In this document: in pieces, positions 18,363 through 27,246 of the stretch
Layout: each line of letters begins with the position of its first letter
Numbering within the stretch: position 1 is the first letter of the stretch
DNA from: Candidatus Yanofskybacteria bacterium RIFCSPHIGHO2_01_FULL_44_22
GTDB lineage: Bacteria; Patescibacteriota; Minisyncoccia; 2-02-FULL-40-12; GWA2-44-9
Reading direction: 5' to 3'
Length of the DNA: 64,000 nucleotides
NCBI GenBank assembly: GCA_001794205.1
Contig: MGJJ01000019.1
Span: forward strand, 1,353-65,352
Program-made: the position numbers and the translations under genes
Notes under the pieces: model-generated
What the model was told of the DNA's origin: nothing
Database searches by the model: none
The model's input: only the letters and a program-made list of their open reading frames with translations

Positions 18363-19973
18363 ATGATTACTCCGCCAGACAACGATATATTGCTTCTTGG
18401 AGAGACCAATTTCAGGAATGATAAAATTCGGTTTGGAATTAAAACCGACGACCGGAGACGGCACATGTATGTGGTTGGCTCAACCGGCATGGGAAAATCA
18501 GAATTTTTGAAGACCATGGCCATTCAGGACATTGAAGCCGGCCACGGTCTCGCTTTCATTGACCCGCACGGCGACCCGGTGGTTGATTTATTGGAGTTTA
18601 TTCCGAAAGAAAGAATCAAAGACGTAATTTATATCGACCCGGGCGATTTGGCCTTTCCGATTGCGTTTAATGTGATGGAAAGCGTTGATTTTGATTATCG
18701 TCACTTGATTGCCGCCGGTCTTTTGGGAGTTTTTAAAAAAATCTGGGTTGACGCCTGGTCGGCGAGAATGGAATACATTCTCAACAACACTATCTTGGCG
18801 CTTTTGGAATATCCCGGCTCCACTCTGCTTGGCATCAATAAAATGCTTGCCAGCAAGGAATATCGGAAAAAAGTTGTTGCCAATATAACCGACCCCATCG
18901 TTAAATCATTTTGGGTTGAAGAGTTCGCCAAATATGCCGACAAATTTGCCACTGAAGCGACAGCGGCCATTCAGAACAAAATCGGCCAGTTTATTTCCAA
19001 CAATCTTATCAGAAACATCATCGGCCAGCCGAAATCCACCCTGGATGTCAGGAAAATAATGGACGAGGGGAAAATTCTGCTGGTCAATATTTCGCGGGGC
19101 AGAATCGGAGAAGACGCCTCACGCCTGCTCGGTGCGCTTTTGGTCACCAAAATACAATTGGCGGCTATGTCGCGGGTAGATGTTCCGGAGCCGGAAAGAA
19201 AAGACTTCTTTCTTTATGTGGACGAGTTTCAGCACTTTGCGACTGAATCGTTCGCCAATATTTTATCGGAGGCGAGGAAATACCATCTAAGTTTAATTAT
19301 GGCTCATCAGTACATCAAACAAATGGAAGAACCAGTTTGCGACGCCGTATTCGGCAATGTCGGCACGATTATCTCTTTCAGGGTTGGCGCCGAAGACGCC
19401 GAGTTTCTTGAAAAATGGTTCGCGCCGGACTTTATGATGTCCGACATCGTCAATCTCGGCAAACAAAATATTTATCTTAAGCTGATGATAGACGGCGTTT
19501 CTTCGCGGGGTTTTTCGGCGGCAACTTTACAGAGGTTTGAAAAATCGGAGCGGACTTTTAAGGATGAAATTATAGAGTTCTCGAGAAAAACTTACGCCAC
19601 TCCCAAGAGCGAAGTGGAGAAAGATATAGCCGAATGGGCCGGAGCGGCCAGAGAAGAGAGCGGGGAAGAAACAACAACCAGACCGGCGTCGAGAGATGAA
19701 AGACGCGGCAAAGAATTTAGCGGAAGACCGCGGAGCGGAAACTTTCCTCCGCCTCGCCGTGAATCCGTTGAACCGGCTCGCCGCGATTTTCGTCCGCGTC
19801 AAAGCCAGCTTCCAAAAAGAGAAACACCAGCCCCCGTTTCCCTTAAAAGCGCTTTTGGCGGGGGAGCGGTGGATTTTAAGGGTAGGAAATTCGGCGGCGG
19901 TCAGTCGGTTCCCAAGAAAGAAGTTGACACCGCCGAACTCAAAAAGATTCTGAACGAGGCGTTGAAAAAATAA
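18363..19973 (+). CDS. TraG/VirD4 (HerA-FtsK superfamily) coupling-protein-like ATPase
   Basis: RRHMYVVGSTGMGKS (Walker A), IDPHGD, LYVDEFQ (Walker B), SEARKY, AHQY..Q, GNVGT. Confidence 0.88.
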   Translation: MITPPDNDILLLGETNFRNDKIRFGIKTDDRRRHMYVVGSTGMGKSEFLKTMAIQDIEAGHGLAFIDPHGDPVVDLLEFIPKERIKDVIYIDPGDLAFPIAFNVMESVDFDYRHLIAAGLLGVFKKIWVDAWSARMEYILNNTILALLEYPGSTLLGINKMLASKEYRKKVVANITDPIVKSFWVEEFAKYADKFATEATAAIQNKIGQFISNNLIRNIIGQPKSTLDVRKIMDEGKILLVNISRGRIGEDASRLLGALLVTKIQLAAMSRVDVPEPERKDFFLYVDEFQHFATESFANILSEARKYHLSLIMAHQYIKQMEEPVCDAVFGNVGTIISFRVGAEDAEFLEKWFAPDFMMSDIVNLGKQNIYLKLMIDGVSSRGFSAATLQRFEKSERTFKDEIIEFSRKTYATPKSEVEKDIAEWAGAAREESGEETTTRPASRDERRGKEFSGRPRSGNFPPPRRESVEPARRDFRPRQSQLPKRETPAPVSLKSAFGGGAVDFKGRKFGGGQSVPKKEVDTAELKKILNEALKK

Positions 19974-19980
19974 ACCCCAA

Positions 19981-20012
19981 ACAAAAATTCCAGCTAAAAC
20001 TGGAATTTTTGT
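19981..20012 (+). terminator. Intrinsic terminator (likely bidirectional)
   Basis: ACAAAAATTCCAG-ctaaaa-CTGGAATTTTTGT. Confidence 0.7.
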
Positions 20013-20072
20013 CGGGATAGCTCTTTTTTTATTTGTTAAAACTAAAAATTTATGCTATTTTAGTTTGATAAA

Positions 20073-20145
20073 CCGCCCCTAGCTCAATTGGCAGAGCAGC
20101 TCCCTTTTAAGGAGAAGGTTCCGAGTTCGATTCTCGGGGGGCGGA
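20073..20145 (+). tRNA. tRNA-Lys (anticodon TTT), CCA not encoded
   Basis: Acceptor CCGCCCC/GGGGCGG, D arm GCTC/GAGC, anticodon loop CTTTTAA, T arm CCGAG-TTCGATT-CTCGG. Confidence 0.92.
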
Positions 20146-20186
20146 CTGTTTATTTAGGCAAATAATATTGTTATGTCTAAACTTTA

Positions 20187-20423
20187 GTTGATGAAGCATC
20201 CTATAAAAAAGTGCAAGACATTGCCGTTCGGACGCATCAAATTTTAAATTGCCGTGGTTATTCAAGAACGGACATGATTTTGGCGGGCGCCGCGATTTAT
20301 GTTTTGGAAACAAACACCCTTCCGGGGCTGACTCCAAATTCGCTTCTTCCCAAAGCCGCTCAATACGCCGGCATAACCCTTTCTCAACTCATAGATAAAA
20401 TTATTGAGAATGCGTTGACGTAG
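20187..20423 (+). pseudogene. ddl: C-terminal remnant of D-alanine--D-alanine ligase
   Basis: LNCRGYSRTD...YVLETNTLPGLTPNSLLPKAA matches the Ddl C-terminus; in-frame stop at 20178, so the N-terminal ~3/4 is missing. Confidence 0.8.
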
Positions 20424-20430
20424 AAACAAT

Positions 20431-20562
20431 TTCCGCCTCTGCTCCTCTTCTCATACTCCAAATCACCCCACAACCTCCCTAACGGCTTCGGGGTGCCTCT
20501 CTTTCTGTTTGCGAGAAGAAACGCAATCCAGAAAGAGAGACACGCCCTCCGATAGATAGGTT
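20431..20562 (+). repeat. Structured intergenic element related to 39317-39613
   Basis: ACAACCTCC...GCTTCGGGGTGCC, stem CTCTCTTTCTG/CAGAAAGAGAG, then GACACGCCCTCCG. Confidence 0.55.
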
Positions 20563-20583
20563 TATACATGCTTTGTAGAAAAC

Positions 20584-20606
20584 AAAAAGCCGATTGTTAG
20601 TCGGCT
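20584..20606 (-). terminator. Intrinsic terminator of the RHH-like gene
   Basis: Minus strand AGCCGA-ctaacaa-TCGGCT-TTTT. Confidence 0.65.
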
Positions 20607-20628
20607 GGGATTTGATTTGGGAGTTAGT

Positions 20629-20847
20629 TTATATCATGTGAAACTGATCCAACAAAGCAGTTTGTCTTTTCTTGGCCGCCTCAAGTTCTTTCTGGAAATT
20701 TGGTTCCGACTTTCGTTCTTCAATATAAGCAATAACAGCCTTTTGTATCAAACTTGCCAATGTTTCATCAAATACGATTGCAAGAGCTTGTAAACGCTGA
20801 AGGTCCAACACGGACATCCGAACCGAAACAATCACATTTTTGGACAT
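20629..20847 (-). CDS. Small ribbon-helix-helix-like DNA-binding protein
   Basis: VIVSVRMS..DLQRLQALA....TLASLIQKAVIAYI pattern; SD GGAGG; own promoter and terminator. Confidence 0.65.
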   Translation of the reverse strand: MSKNVIVSVRMSVLDLQRLQALAIVFDETLASLIQKAVIAYIEERKSEPNFQKELEAAKKRQTALLDQFHMI

Positions 20848-20876
20848 AACAACCTCCCAAAAGATGTTCTATAAAA

Positions 20877-20905
20877 AAGATACACTTGTCTGTGGTTTTT
20901 GTCAA
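20877..20905 (-). promoter_or_regulatory. Sigma70-type promoter
   Basis: Minus strand TTGACA-17 nt-TATCTT. Confidence 0.65.
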
Positions 20906-21082
20906 TTAGACGCAACTCGCTGGAAGTTGCGGACTGTCGGTTCTGAAAAGCGGTATGCGGTCGGAGCGGAATTATTGGAAAACATATTAGATGGGGATTT
21001 TAAATAATAATAAAAAGTTAAAAACTTGCTCACGCAAGTTTTTATGTTAAGATGAACTTATAAATAGAAATATAAACTTAAA

Positions 21083-22471
21083 ATGACGCGAACCTCAATT
21101 TTAGAAACAAAAGACCTCGTCGGACAAGAAGTCATGTTATGCGGTTGGGTGCATAATCGCCGAGACCACGGCAAACTTATTTTTATTGATTTGCGGGATA
21201 GAAGCGGGATAGCGCAAGTCGTTTTTGTTCCAAGCGGAGCTGATTATGAAATGGCCAGCCGGTTGAGGGCGGAATGGGTAGTGCGCTTGAAGGGTGTGGT
21301 CAAAGCCCGTCCGGAGAAAATGTTTAACGATGAAATTCCCACCGGCCGGGTTGAAATAGAACCAATTGAGCTGGAAATATTAAACCGGGCGGAGACCCCT
21401 CCGTTTCCTATAGATACCGACGGTTATGATATCGGGGAAGAATCGCGGATGTCTTATCGTTTCGTTGATTTGCGCCGTCAAAGAATGGCAAACAATTTGG
21501 CTGTCCGTCATGCGGCAGCTTTATTTATCCGCAATTGGCTGTCGGAAAAAGGATTCCTTGAAGTGGAGACGCCGATTCTCACCAAATCCACTCCCGAGGG
21601 CGCGCGCGATTTTGTGGTCCCGTCCCGTCTTTATCCGGGCGCATTTTACGCTTTACCCCAATCACCCCAGCAGTATAAACAGCTGTTAATGGCTGGCGGA
21701 GTTGAAAAATATTTTCAGTTGGCCAGATGTTTCAGGGACGAAGATACCAGAGGCGACCGCCAGCCGGAATTCACCCAGCTTGATATGGAGATGAGTTTTG
21801 TTGAACGCGAAGATGTAATGCAATTGAACGAACAATTACTCATAGAAATGGTGAAAACGATTTATCCGCAAAAAAGAATTCAGGAAATACCGTTTCCGCG
21901 GATTAGTTATAAGGAGGCGATGGAAAAATATCAAACCGACCGCCCCGACGTTAGAAAGGATAAAAACGACCTTAACCTATTAGCATTTTGCTGGGTGGTT
22001 GACTTTCCATTTTTCGAAAAAAATGACGAAGGTAAATATACATTTACTCACAATCCCTTCTCGGCTCCCAAGCCGGAATTTATGGAAGATTTAATGACAA
22101 AGAAAAACATCGGCGATATTTTAACTACCCAATACGACGTTGTCCTAAACGGCTGGGAAATAGGCGGCGGCAGTATTCGCAACCACCAATCGGAAGCGTT
22201 AGGGAAAGTTTTTGAAATAATGGGTTTTGAAGAAGGAAGAATCGCAAATAATTTTGGGCACATGCTGACGGCTTTTAAAAACGGCACTCCGCCTCACGGC
22301 GGGATTGCCTGGGGGTTTGACCGACTGGTGGCTCTTTTAAACAATGAGCCCAATATCAGAGAAGTGATGGCTTTTCCTAAAACCGGCGACGCCAGGGACT
22401 TGATGATGAGTTCACCTTCGGAACTGGAAGAAAAACAGTTGAAAGAGCTGCATTTAAAAATATCCAAATAG
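21083..22471 (+). CDS. aspS: Aspartate--tRNA ligase (short form lacking the GAD insertion)
   Basis: RDHGKLIFIDLRD, STPEGARDF, LPQSPQ, CFRDED.R.DRQPEFTQLD, GGGSIR, PPHGGIAWGFDR. Confidence 0.97.
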   Translation: MTRTSILETKDLVGQEVMLCGWVHNRRDHGKLIFIDLRDRSGIAQVVFVPSGADYEMASRLRAEWVVRLKGVVKARPEKMFNDEIPTGRVEIEPIELEILNRAETPPFPIDTDGYDIGEESRMSYRFVDLRRQRMANNLAVRHAAALFIRNWLSEKGFLEVETPILTKSTPEGARDFVVPSRLYPGAFYALPQSPQQYKQLLMAGGVEKYFQLARCFRDEDTRGDRQPEFTQLDMEMSFVEREDVMQLNEQLLIEMVKTIYPQKRIQEIPFPRISYKEAMEKYQTDRPDVRKDKNDLNLLAFCWVVDFPFFEKNDEGKYTFTHNPFSAPKPEFMEDLMTKKNIGDILTTQYDVVLNGWEIGGGSIRNHQSEALGKVFEIMGFEEGRIANNFGHMLTAFKNGTPPHGGIAWGFDRLVALLNNEPNIREVMAFPKTGDARDLMMSSPSELEEKQLKELHLKISK

Positions 22472-22472
22472 A

Positions 22473-23417
22473 ATGTCCAAAACGCTTTTACTGATGATTC
22501 TCATAGCTTTTTTAATTGTCATTAATTTTTTATTTATTTTTAATTCTGACGACTCTGGTGATTCCCCCTTAAGTAATGCGGCCGGTTTAAACAAAAATGT
22601 TTTCAGCGCGAGCCAGGCTTATGTGTTTCCGCTGGCCGAATCAAATTATATGCCCCTTTTAAATTCCGGTTTTGCCCGGCCGATTATTAACGCCAAATCA
22701 GCCGTTCTTTATGATTTGCGGGCGGAAAGAGCGCTCTATGAAAACAACACGAAACAAAAACTTCCTGTCGCCTCGCTTACTAAAATATTAAGCGCAGTCA
22801 TTGCTCTTGAAAATCTTGATTTGGCCGACATTGTAATTATTCCGCAGGAGGCCTTGCGGGTTGATGAGGAAAAACAGACTCTATATTTGGACGAACGCCT
22901 GACCGTGGAAAATTTGCTGAAATTAATGCTTATAGAATCATCCAATGATTCCGCAAAAGCCTTAGCTTTATACGCCGGCGAAAAGGGAATTGATTTTACG
23001 GCCAAGATGAACGAAAAAGCATTTGCCCTCGGAATGGTTGATTCATTTTTTTTGGATACGGCCGGATTAAACGACGAAGCTTATTCAACGGTTGAAGATT
23101 TGGTTAAATTGGTGAAATATGCTTTGAAGTATGAATTAATTTGGGACATTTTGGCGAAAAAAAATGTCATTATCAAATCAGAAGACGGCCGGATAGAACA
23201 TCAAGTTAAAAATACCAATCATCTTTTTGGAGTACTGCCGGATATTTTCGGCGGTAAAACCGGCTATACCGACGGGGCCCTCGGATGCATGATTTTAGTG
23301 GTGGATATTCCCGGAGAAAATGATAAAATTATCAGCGTGGTGCTTGGTTCTTCCGACCGGTTTGGAGATACGGCCAAATTAATCAATTGGGCTAAGGCCG
23401 CCTGGCGTTGGGAATAG
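22473..23417 (+). CDS. D-alanyl-D-alanine carboxypeptidase (peptidase S11)
   Basis: SxxK (ASLTK), SxN (SSND), KTGYT. Confidence 0.92.
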   Translation: MSKTLLLMILIAFLIVINFLFIFNSDDSGDSPLSNAAGLNKNVFSASQAYVFPLAESNYMPLLNSGFARPIINAKSAVLYDLRAERALYENNTKQKLPVASLTKILSAVIALENLDLADIVIIPQEALRVDEEKQTLYLDERLTVENLLKLMLIESSNDSAKALALYAGEKGIDFTAKMNEKAFALGMVDSFFLDTAGLNDEAYSTVEDLVKLVKYALKYELIWDILAKKNVIIKSEDGRIEHQVKNTNHLFGVLPDIFGGKTGYTDGALGCMILVVDIPGENDKIISVVLGSSDRFGDTAKLINWAKAAWRWE

Positions 23418-23421
23418 AAAC

Positions 23422-24483
23422 ATGAACGAACAAATTTTCACAGTAGTCAACGTTGTCAGAATATTTGCGCTTGCAGCGCTGGCCTTTTTCGTTAACTTGC
23501 TGATTACATATTTTTGGACCAAAATTTTACTGAAATATTTTAAACCGGGCAAAGAAATAGAACGGAAAGATGCGCCGGTTTTCAGCAGTTTGCACAAAAA
23601 AAAGGAAGGAACACCGACAATGGGCGGGCTGCCGGTATGGGTGACGGTGGTTTTTCTGACCGTCATTTTTTATTTTTTGTCGAATATTTTCGACGGTTTC
23701 TGGCCGCAGCTTAATTTTCTTTCCCGAGGTCAGACCCTGCTTCCGCTCGGATTTTTAATTTTTGCCGGATTGGTCGGCATGGCTGATGACGTGCTCGGTA
23801 TTTTTAAACGAGGAGGGTTGAGTTTGAAAATACGTTTAGCCGTTTATACGGCGGTGGCCGGAATCGGAGCGTGGTGGTTTTATTTTAAACTTGACCGGGA
23901 CATGATTACTGTTCCTTTTTTGGGTGATTTTGCGGTTGGTTGGTGGTATTTGATTTTTGCGGTGGTCGTGATTATCGCCACGGCGTTTTCCATGAACGAA
24001 ACCGACGGTCTGGACGGTTTGTCGGGCGGGGTTTTTATGACCATTTTCGCCGCCTTAGCAGTTATAGCTTTTGACCAAGGCCGTATGGATTTGGCCGTTT
24101 TTCTGGCGACCATTATGGGGGCGCTGACCGCATTTTTATGGTTTAATATTTATCCGGCCAAATTTTTTATGGGTGATACCGGCGTTATGGCTCTCGGATT
24201 TGTTCTTGGGGTAGTCGCTCTTTTGACCAATACGGCCCTGCTTTTACCGGTCATAGCCGTAATTCCCTTGGTTGAATCATTGTCGGTGATTATTCAGACG
24301 ATTTCCAAAAAACTTCGCAAAAAGAAAATATTCATTTCTACGCCCATTCACCACACTTTCGAAGCTCTCGGCTGGCCGGAAACCCAGGTGACGATGAGGT
24401 TTTGGATGATTTCCGCCATCGGTGCCATTGTCGGCTTGATTATCTTTTTGGTGGACAGCAAAATTCCTCCGCTGTGGAGATAG
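23422..24483 (+). CDS. mraY: Phospho-N-acetylmuramoyl-pentapeptide transferase
   Basis: KKEGTPTMGG, ADD, NETDGLDGL, FMGDTG, PIHHTFE. Confidence 0.97.
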   Translation: MNEQIFTVVNVVRIFALAALAFFVNLLITYFWTKILLKYFKPGKEIERKDAPVFSSLHKKKEGTPTMGGLPVWVTVVFLTVIFYFLSNIFDGFWPQLNFLSRGQTLLPLGFLIFAGLVGMADDVLGIFKRGGLSLKIRLAVYTAVAGIGAWWFYFKLDRDMITVPFLGDFAVGWWYLIFAVVVIIATAFSMNETDGLDGLSGGVFMTIFAALAVIAFDQGRMDLAVFLATIMGALTAFLWFNIYPAKFFMGDTGVMALGFVLGVVALLTNTALLLPVIAVIPLVESLSVIIQTISKKLRKKKIFISTPIHHTFEALGWPETQVTMRFWMISAIGAIVGLIIFLVDSKIPPLWR

Positions 24484-24505
24484 GCGGCCGATTAGTTCTT
24501 GTTGT

Positions 24506-25582
24506 ATGCACAAAAAACTTCTTTGGCTTATATTTATCCTGCTTGCTTTCGGTCTGATTATTTTATCATCGGCCGGTCTTATTGACGGGCAAAAAAAATT
24601 TAATTCCTCCTATTATTATCTTTTCCACCAGCTGGAATTCGGCGTTCTGCCGGGATTGGTTTTTATGTTTGCCCTCTCGCGGCTTAATTACAAACATTTT
24701 CGCAAAATTTCTCTTTTATTGCTGTTTCTCGCTCTTTTTTTAATGATTCTTGTTTTTGTGCCGTCCTTGGGCCAGGGATTGAAAGGCGCGACTCGGTGGC
24801 TGAATATGGGTGGAATTACTTTCCAGCCGTCGGAGTTTTTAAAATTGGCGATGGTAATATATCTGGCGGCTTGGTTCGGCGGGCGGGACGAAAGAATAAA
24901 AAACTGGGTTTACGGAATGGCTCCGTTTTTCATCATTATGGCTTTTGTGACGCTGCTTTTGGTTCTTCAGCCCGATATCGGCACGTTGATAGTCGTAATG
25001 CTTATCGCCGGAGGAGTTTATTTTTTCGCCGGAATAAAATTCAAGCAATTTTTAATAATTATGCTTGCAGTATCCGCGATTTTGACCGCCTTGGTTGTTC
25101 TTGAACCGTACCGGTTCAATCGCATTAAGGCCTTTATCAATCCGTCGGTCGACCCGAGGGGAATTTCATACCAAATCAACCAGTCGTTCATTTCCATAGG
25201 GTCGGGCGGAGTATTTGGGCTTGGTTTCGGCAATAGCCGGCAAAAATTCGGTTTTTTGCCTGAAGTGGCGGGGGATTCCATATTTGCGGTTATAGCCGAA
25301 GAACTTGGTTTTATCGGTTCGGCATTTACCATCGGGTTGTTTGTAATTTTATGTCTGATTTTAATTAAAATCGCCAAAAATGCGCCCGATAAATTCTCCT
25401 CACTTTTGGTGATGGGGATAAATATGTGGATTATGTCTCAGGCCTTCGTAAACATTGCCGCCATATCGGGCCTGGCGCCTCTTACCGGCATTCCTCTGCC
25501 CTTCGTGAGTTACGGCGGAACGGCCATAATTTCTCTCTTGGGCGGATTGGGGATTGTGTTAAGCGTGGCGAAGAGGAGTTAG
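24506..25582 (+). CDS. ftsW: SEDS peptidoglycan glycosyltransferase FtsW
   Basis: GATRW, FQPSEFLK, QPDIGT, LPE..DSIFAVIAEELG, P.TGIPLPFVSYGGT; follows mraY. Confidence 0.93.
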   Translation: MHKKLLWLIFILLAFGLIILSSAGLIDGQKKFNSSYYYLFHQLEFGVLPGLVFMFALSRLNYKHFRKISLLLLFLALFLMILVFVPSLGQGLKGATRWLNMGGITFQPSEFLKLAMVIYLAAWFGGRDERIKNWVYGMAPFFIIMAFVTLLLVLQPDIGTLIVVMLIAGGVYFFAGIKFKQFLIIMLAVSAILTALVVLEPYRFNRIKAFINPSVDPRGISYQINQSFISIGSGGVFGLGFGNSRQKFGFLPEVAGDSIFAVIAEELGFIGSAFTIGLFVILCLILIKIAKNAPDKFSSLLVMGINMWIMSQAFVNIAAISGLAPLTGIPLPFVSYGGTAIISLLGGLGIVLSVAKRS

Positions 25583-25677
25583 CTTCGCTCCCCCTTTTAT
25601 TTTTCACACATAATACAATCCTATTAAATTGTGAGGTGATTCGGATTGTGGAAAATGAAAAAGGGGAGAACCGAAGC
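25582..25677. repeat. Intergenic imperfect fold-back element
   Basis: GCTTCG-CTCCCCCTTTT-ATTTTTCACA pairs with TGTGGAAAAT-GAAAAAGGGGAG-AAC-CGAAGC. Confidence 0.55.
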
Positions 25678-25743
25678 CGTAAATTAAGAGGCAAAGGCGC
25701 ATTAGATTTTTTTGTTAAATCGTGTTAGTTTGGAGGTAAAAAT

Positions 25744-26370
25744 ATGGAAAAAACATTAGAACAAATTTCTCAGAATTTTCTTTCCCAGGTGCAATTGTCG
25801 GCCGCACAAGCGGTAAAACCGTTTATTTTAGCCACAATTGGTTTGCCGGGTTCAGGAAGGACGACAGTAGCCCAAATGATTGCCGGTAAATTGCCGGGTG
25901 CTGTTTTAATCAGTTCCGACTCGGCCAGGTACTTGTTGAAAGAAACCGGTTTGCCCTGGGGAGAAAACGTAAGGCAAATTTTAAAAATGGTTGCCGTTGA
26001 TTTATTGAAAAAAGGATATGGTGTTGTTTTTGACGGCAATGCCGCAGACGAAGACGATAGGAAAAACATTGCGGAAATAGCCAACCAAACCGGAGCTAAA
26101 GTTTTCTATGTTCGAATAAACAGTAATCCCGAAATGGCAAAAGAAAGAAAGCGTGCTCAATATGAAAATCCCTCCTGGGTTTCCGGATTCGAACGGTTCA
26201 GAGTCAACACAACTGAAAAAATGCTGAAAAACATTGATGACCGCGTTGAGCTGCACAGGAAGCTTAACTCGGCGGATATTCCGAACCTGCTGGGAGAAAT
26301 GGAAAATAACGGTTCAAAAGAAGAACTGGATGAACGGGTTGACCGGCTTGTTGCGAAAATACTGCTCTAA
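25744..26370 (+). CDS. P-loop kinase (AAA_33/nucleoside monophosphate kinase-like)
   Basis: GLPGSGRTT, ISSD..R, VVFDG; SD GGAGG. Confidence 0.75.
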   Translation: MEKTLEQISQNFLSQVQLSAAQAVKPFILATIGLPGSGRTTVAQMIAGKLPGAVLISSDSARYLLKETGLPWGENVRQILKMVAVDLLKKGYGVVFDGNAADEDDRKNIAEIANQTGAKVFYVRINSNPEMAKERKRAQYENPSWVSGFERFRVNTTEKMLKNIDDRVELHRKLNSADIPNLLGEMENNGSKEELDERVDRLVAKILL

Positions 26371-26388
26371 AACTCGGATGATCAAACT

Positions 26389-26412
26389 TAAAACCGCCCT
26401 CCGGCGGTTTTA
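26389..26412. terminator. Bidirectional intrinsic terminator
   Basis: TAAAACCGCC-ctcc-GGCGGTTTTA between convergent genes. Confidence 0.75.
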
Positions 26413-26414
26413 TA

Positions 26415-26669
26415 TTATTTTAGCAACTTGGCGGCTTTGGACTTGAGGCGCGAGGCCTTGTTTTTTTTTATGACTCCGCCTTTGGTCGCCTTGTCCAGTT
26501 TTTTATAGAGTTTTGGCAAAAGTTTCTGCATATCGTCTTTTTTGCCGGAAGCGGCAAGTTTCTTAAATTCTTTCGCAACCATTTTATAAGCGTTAATTTT
26601 GCGCAGATTTTCCACTCTTCTCTTTTTTGATTGTCTTAAGGCCTTTTCGGCCGATTTTGTTATTGGCAT
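26415..26669 (-). CDS. rpsT: 30S ribosomal protein S20
   Basis: MPITKSAEKALRQS...LDKATKGGVIKKNKASRLKS. Confidence 0.96.
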   Translation of the reverse strand: MPITKSAEKALRQSKKRRVENLRKINAYKMVAKEFKKLAASGKKDDMQKLLPKLYKKLDKATKGGVIKKNKASRLKSKAAKLLK

Positions 26670-26675
26670 TTTTAT

Positions 26676-26833
26676 AACCTGCGCGCCAGAAACAGGGAGC
26701 CCGAAATTATTGGGCTCATTCTGTTTCTGGTCTTTCAGGTTTGTCCAATTTCTGCGTTAAAACTTCCGCGTCTTACTCGCCATATTTATAATATGGCTCG
26801 CTCGATGCTCAGTTTCGCCTTAAACTTGGCCAA
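26676..26833. repeat. Two adjacent fold-back structures upstream of rpsT
   Basis: AACCTG..CCAGAAACAG..GAGCCC/GGGCTC..CTGTTTCTGG..CAGGTT (26676-26741); second unit with a GCCATATT-TAT-AATATGGC core. Confidence 0.6.
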
Positions 26834-26913
26834 ACGCGCAAGGTCCTAATAGTATAAAGATATAAAAACAACGGGTTTATCTTATCATACTCGGCTTTTT
26901 TATGCAATTTTTT

Positions 26914-27156
26914 GTTTTTGGGAAAAAATTCTTTTAGTTCTTTGTAGAGCTGGGCGGCAAGAGTTTTGTTGTGGGAAATGACCAATGTCGGCCGGCCGTA
27001 ATTTTCTATTACTTTTGCCAAGGTGAATGTTTTACCGGAACCGGTTACGCCCAAAAGCACCTGGTGTTTTTTTCCGGATTTCAAACCCTCGGCCAGTTTA
27101 GTTATCGCGGCTGGTTGGTCGCCAGTAGGTTGATATTTTGATGAAAGTTTGAACAT
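26914..27156 (-). pseudogene. uvrB: N-terminal remnant (~81 aa) of excinuclease ABC subunit B
   Basis: [39 protein letters not shown]; similarity stops abruptly where AVxYFVSYYDYYQPEAY is expected. Confidence 0.88.
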
Positions 27157-27246
27157 TGAGCTTTATAATGCTAATCTACAAATGATATCCGAATGCTACG
27201 AATAATAATTCGGGTGTGCGCATTTGTAGCGCGCTGTTCGCATACT

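Noticed and set aside
21083-22471. Short aspS (and short proS) as pseudogenes
   Set aside because: All catalytic motifs and both termini are intact; only dispensable insertion or editing domains are absent.
25744-26370. Kinase as a zeta toxin or an inactive enzyme (Walker A GSGRT)
   Set aside because: No adjacent antitoxin, and a single Lys-to-Arg change is not enough to assign function.
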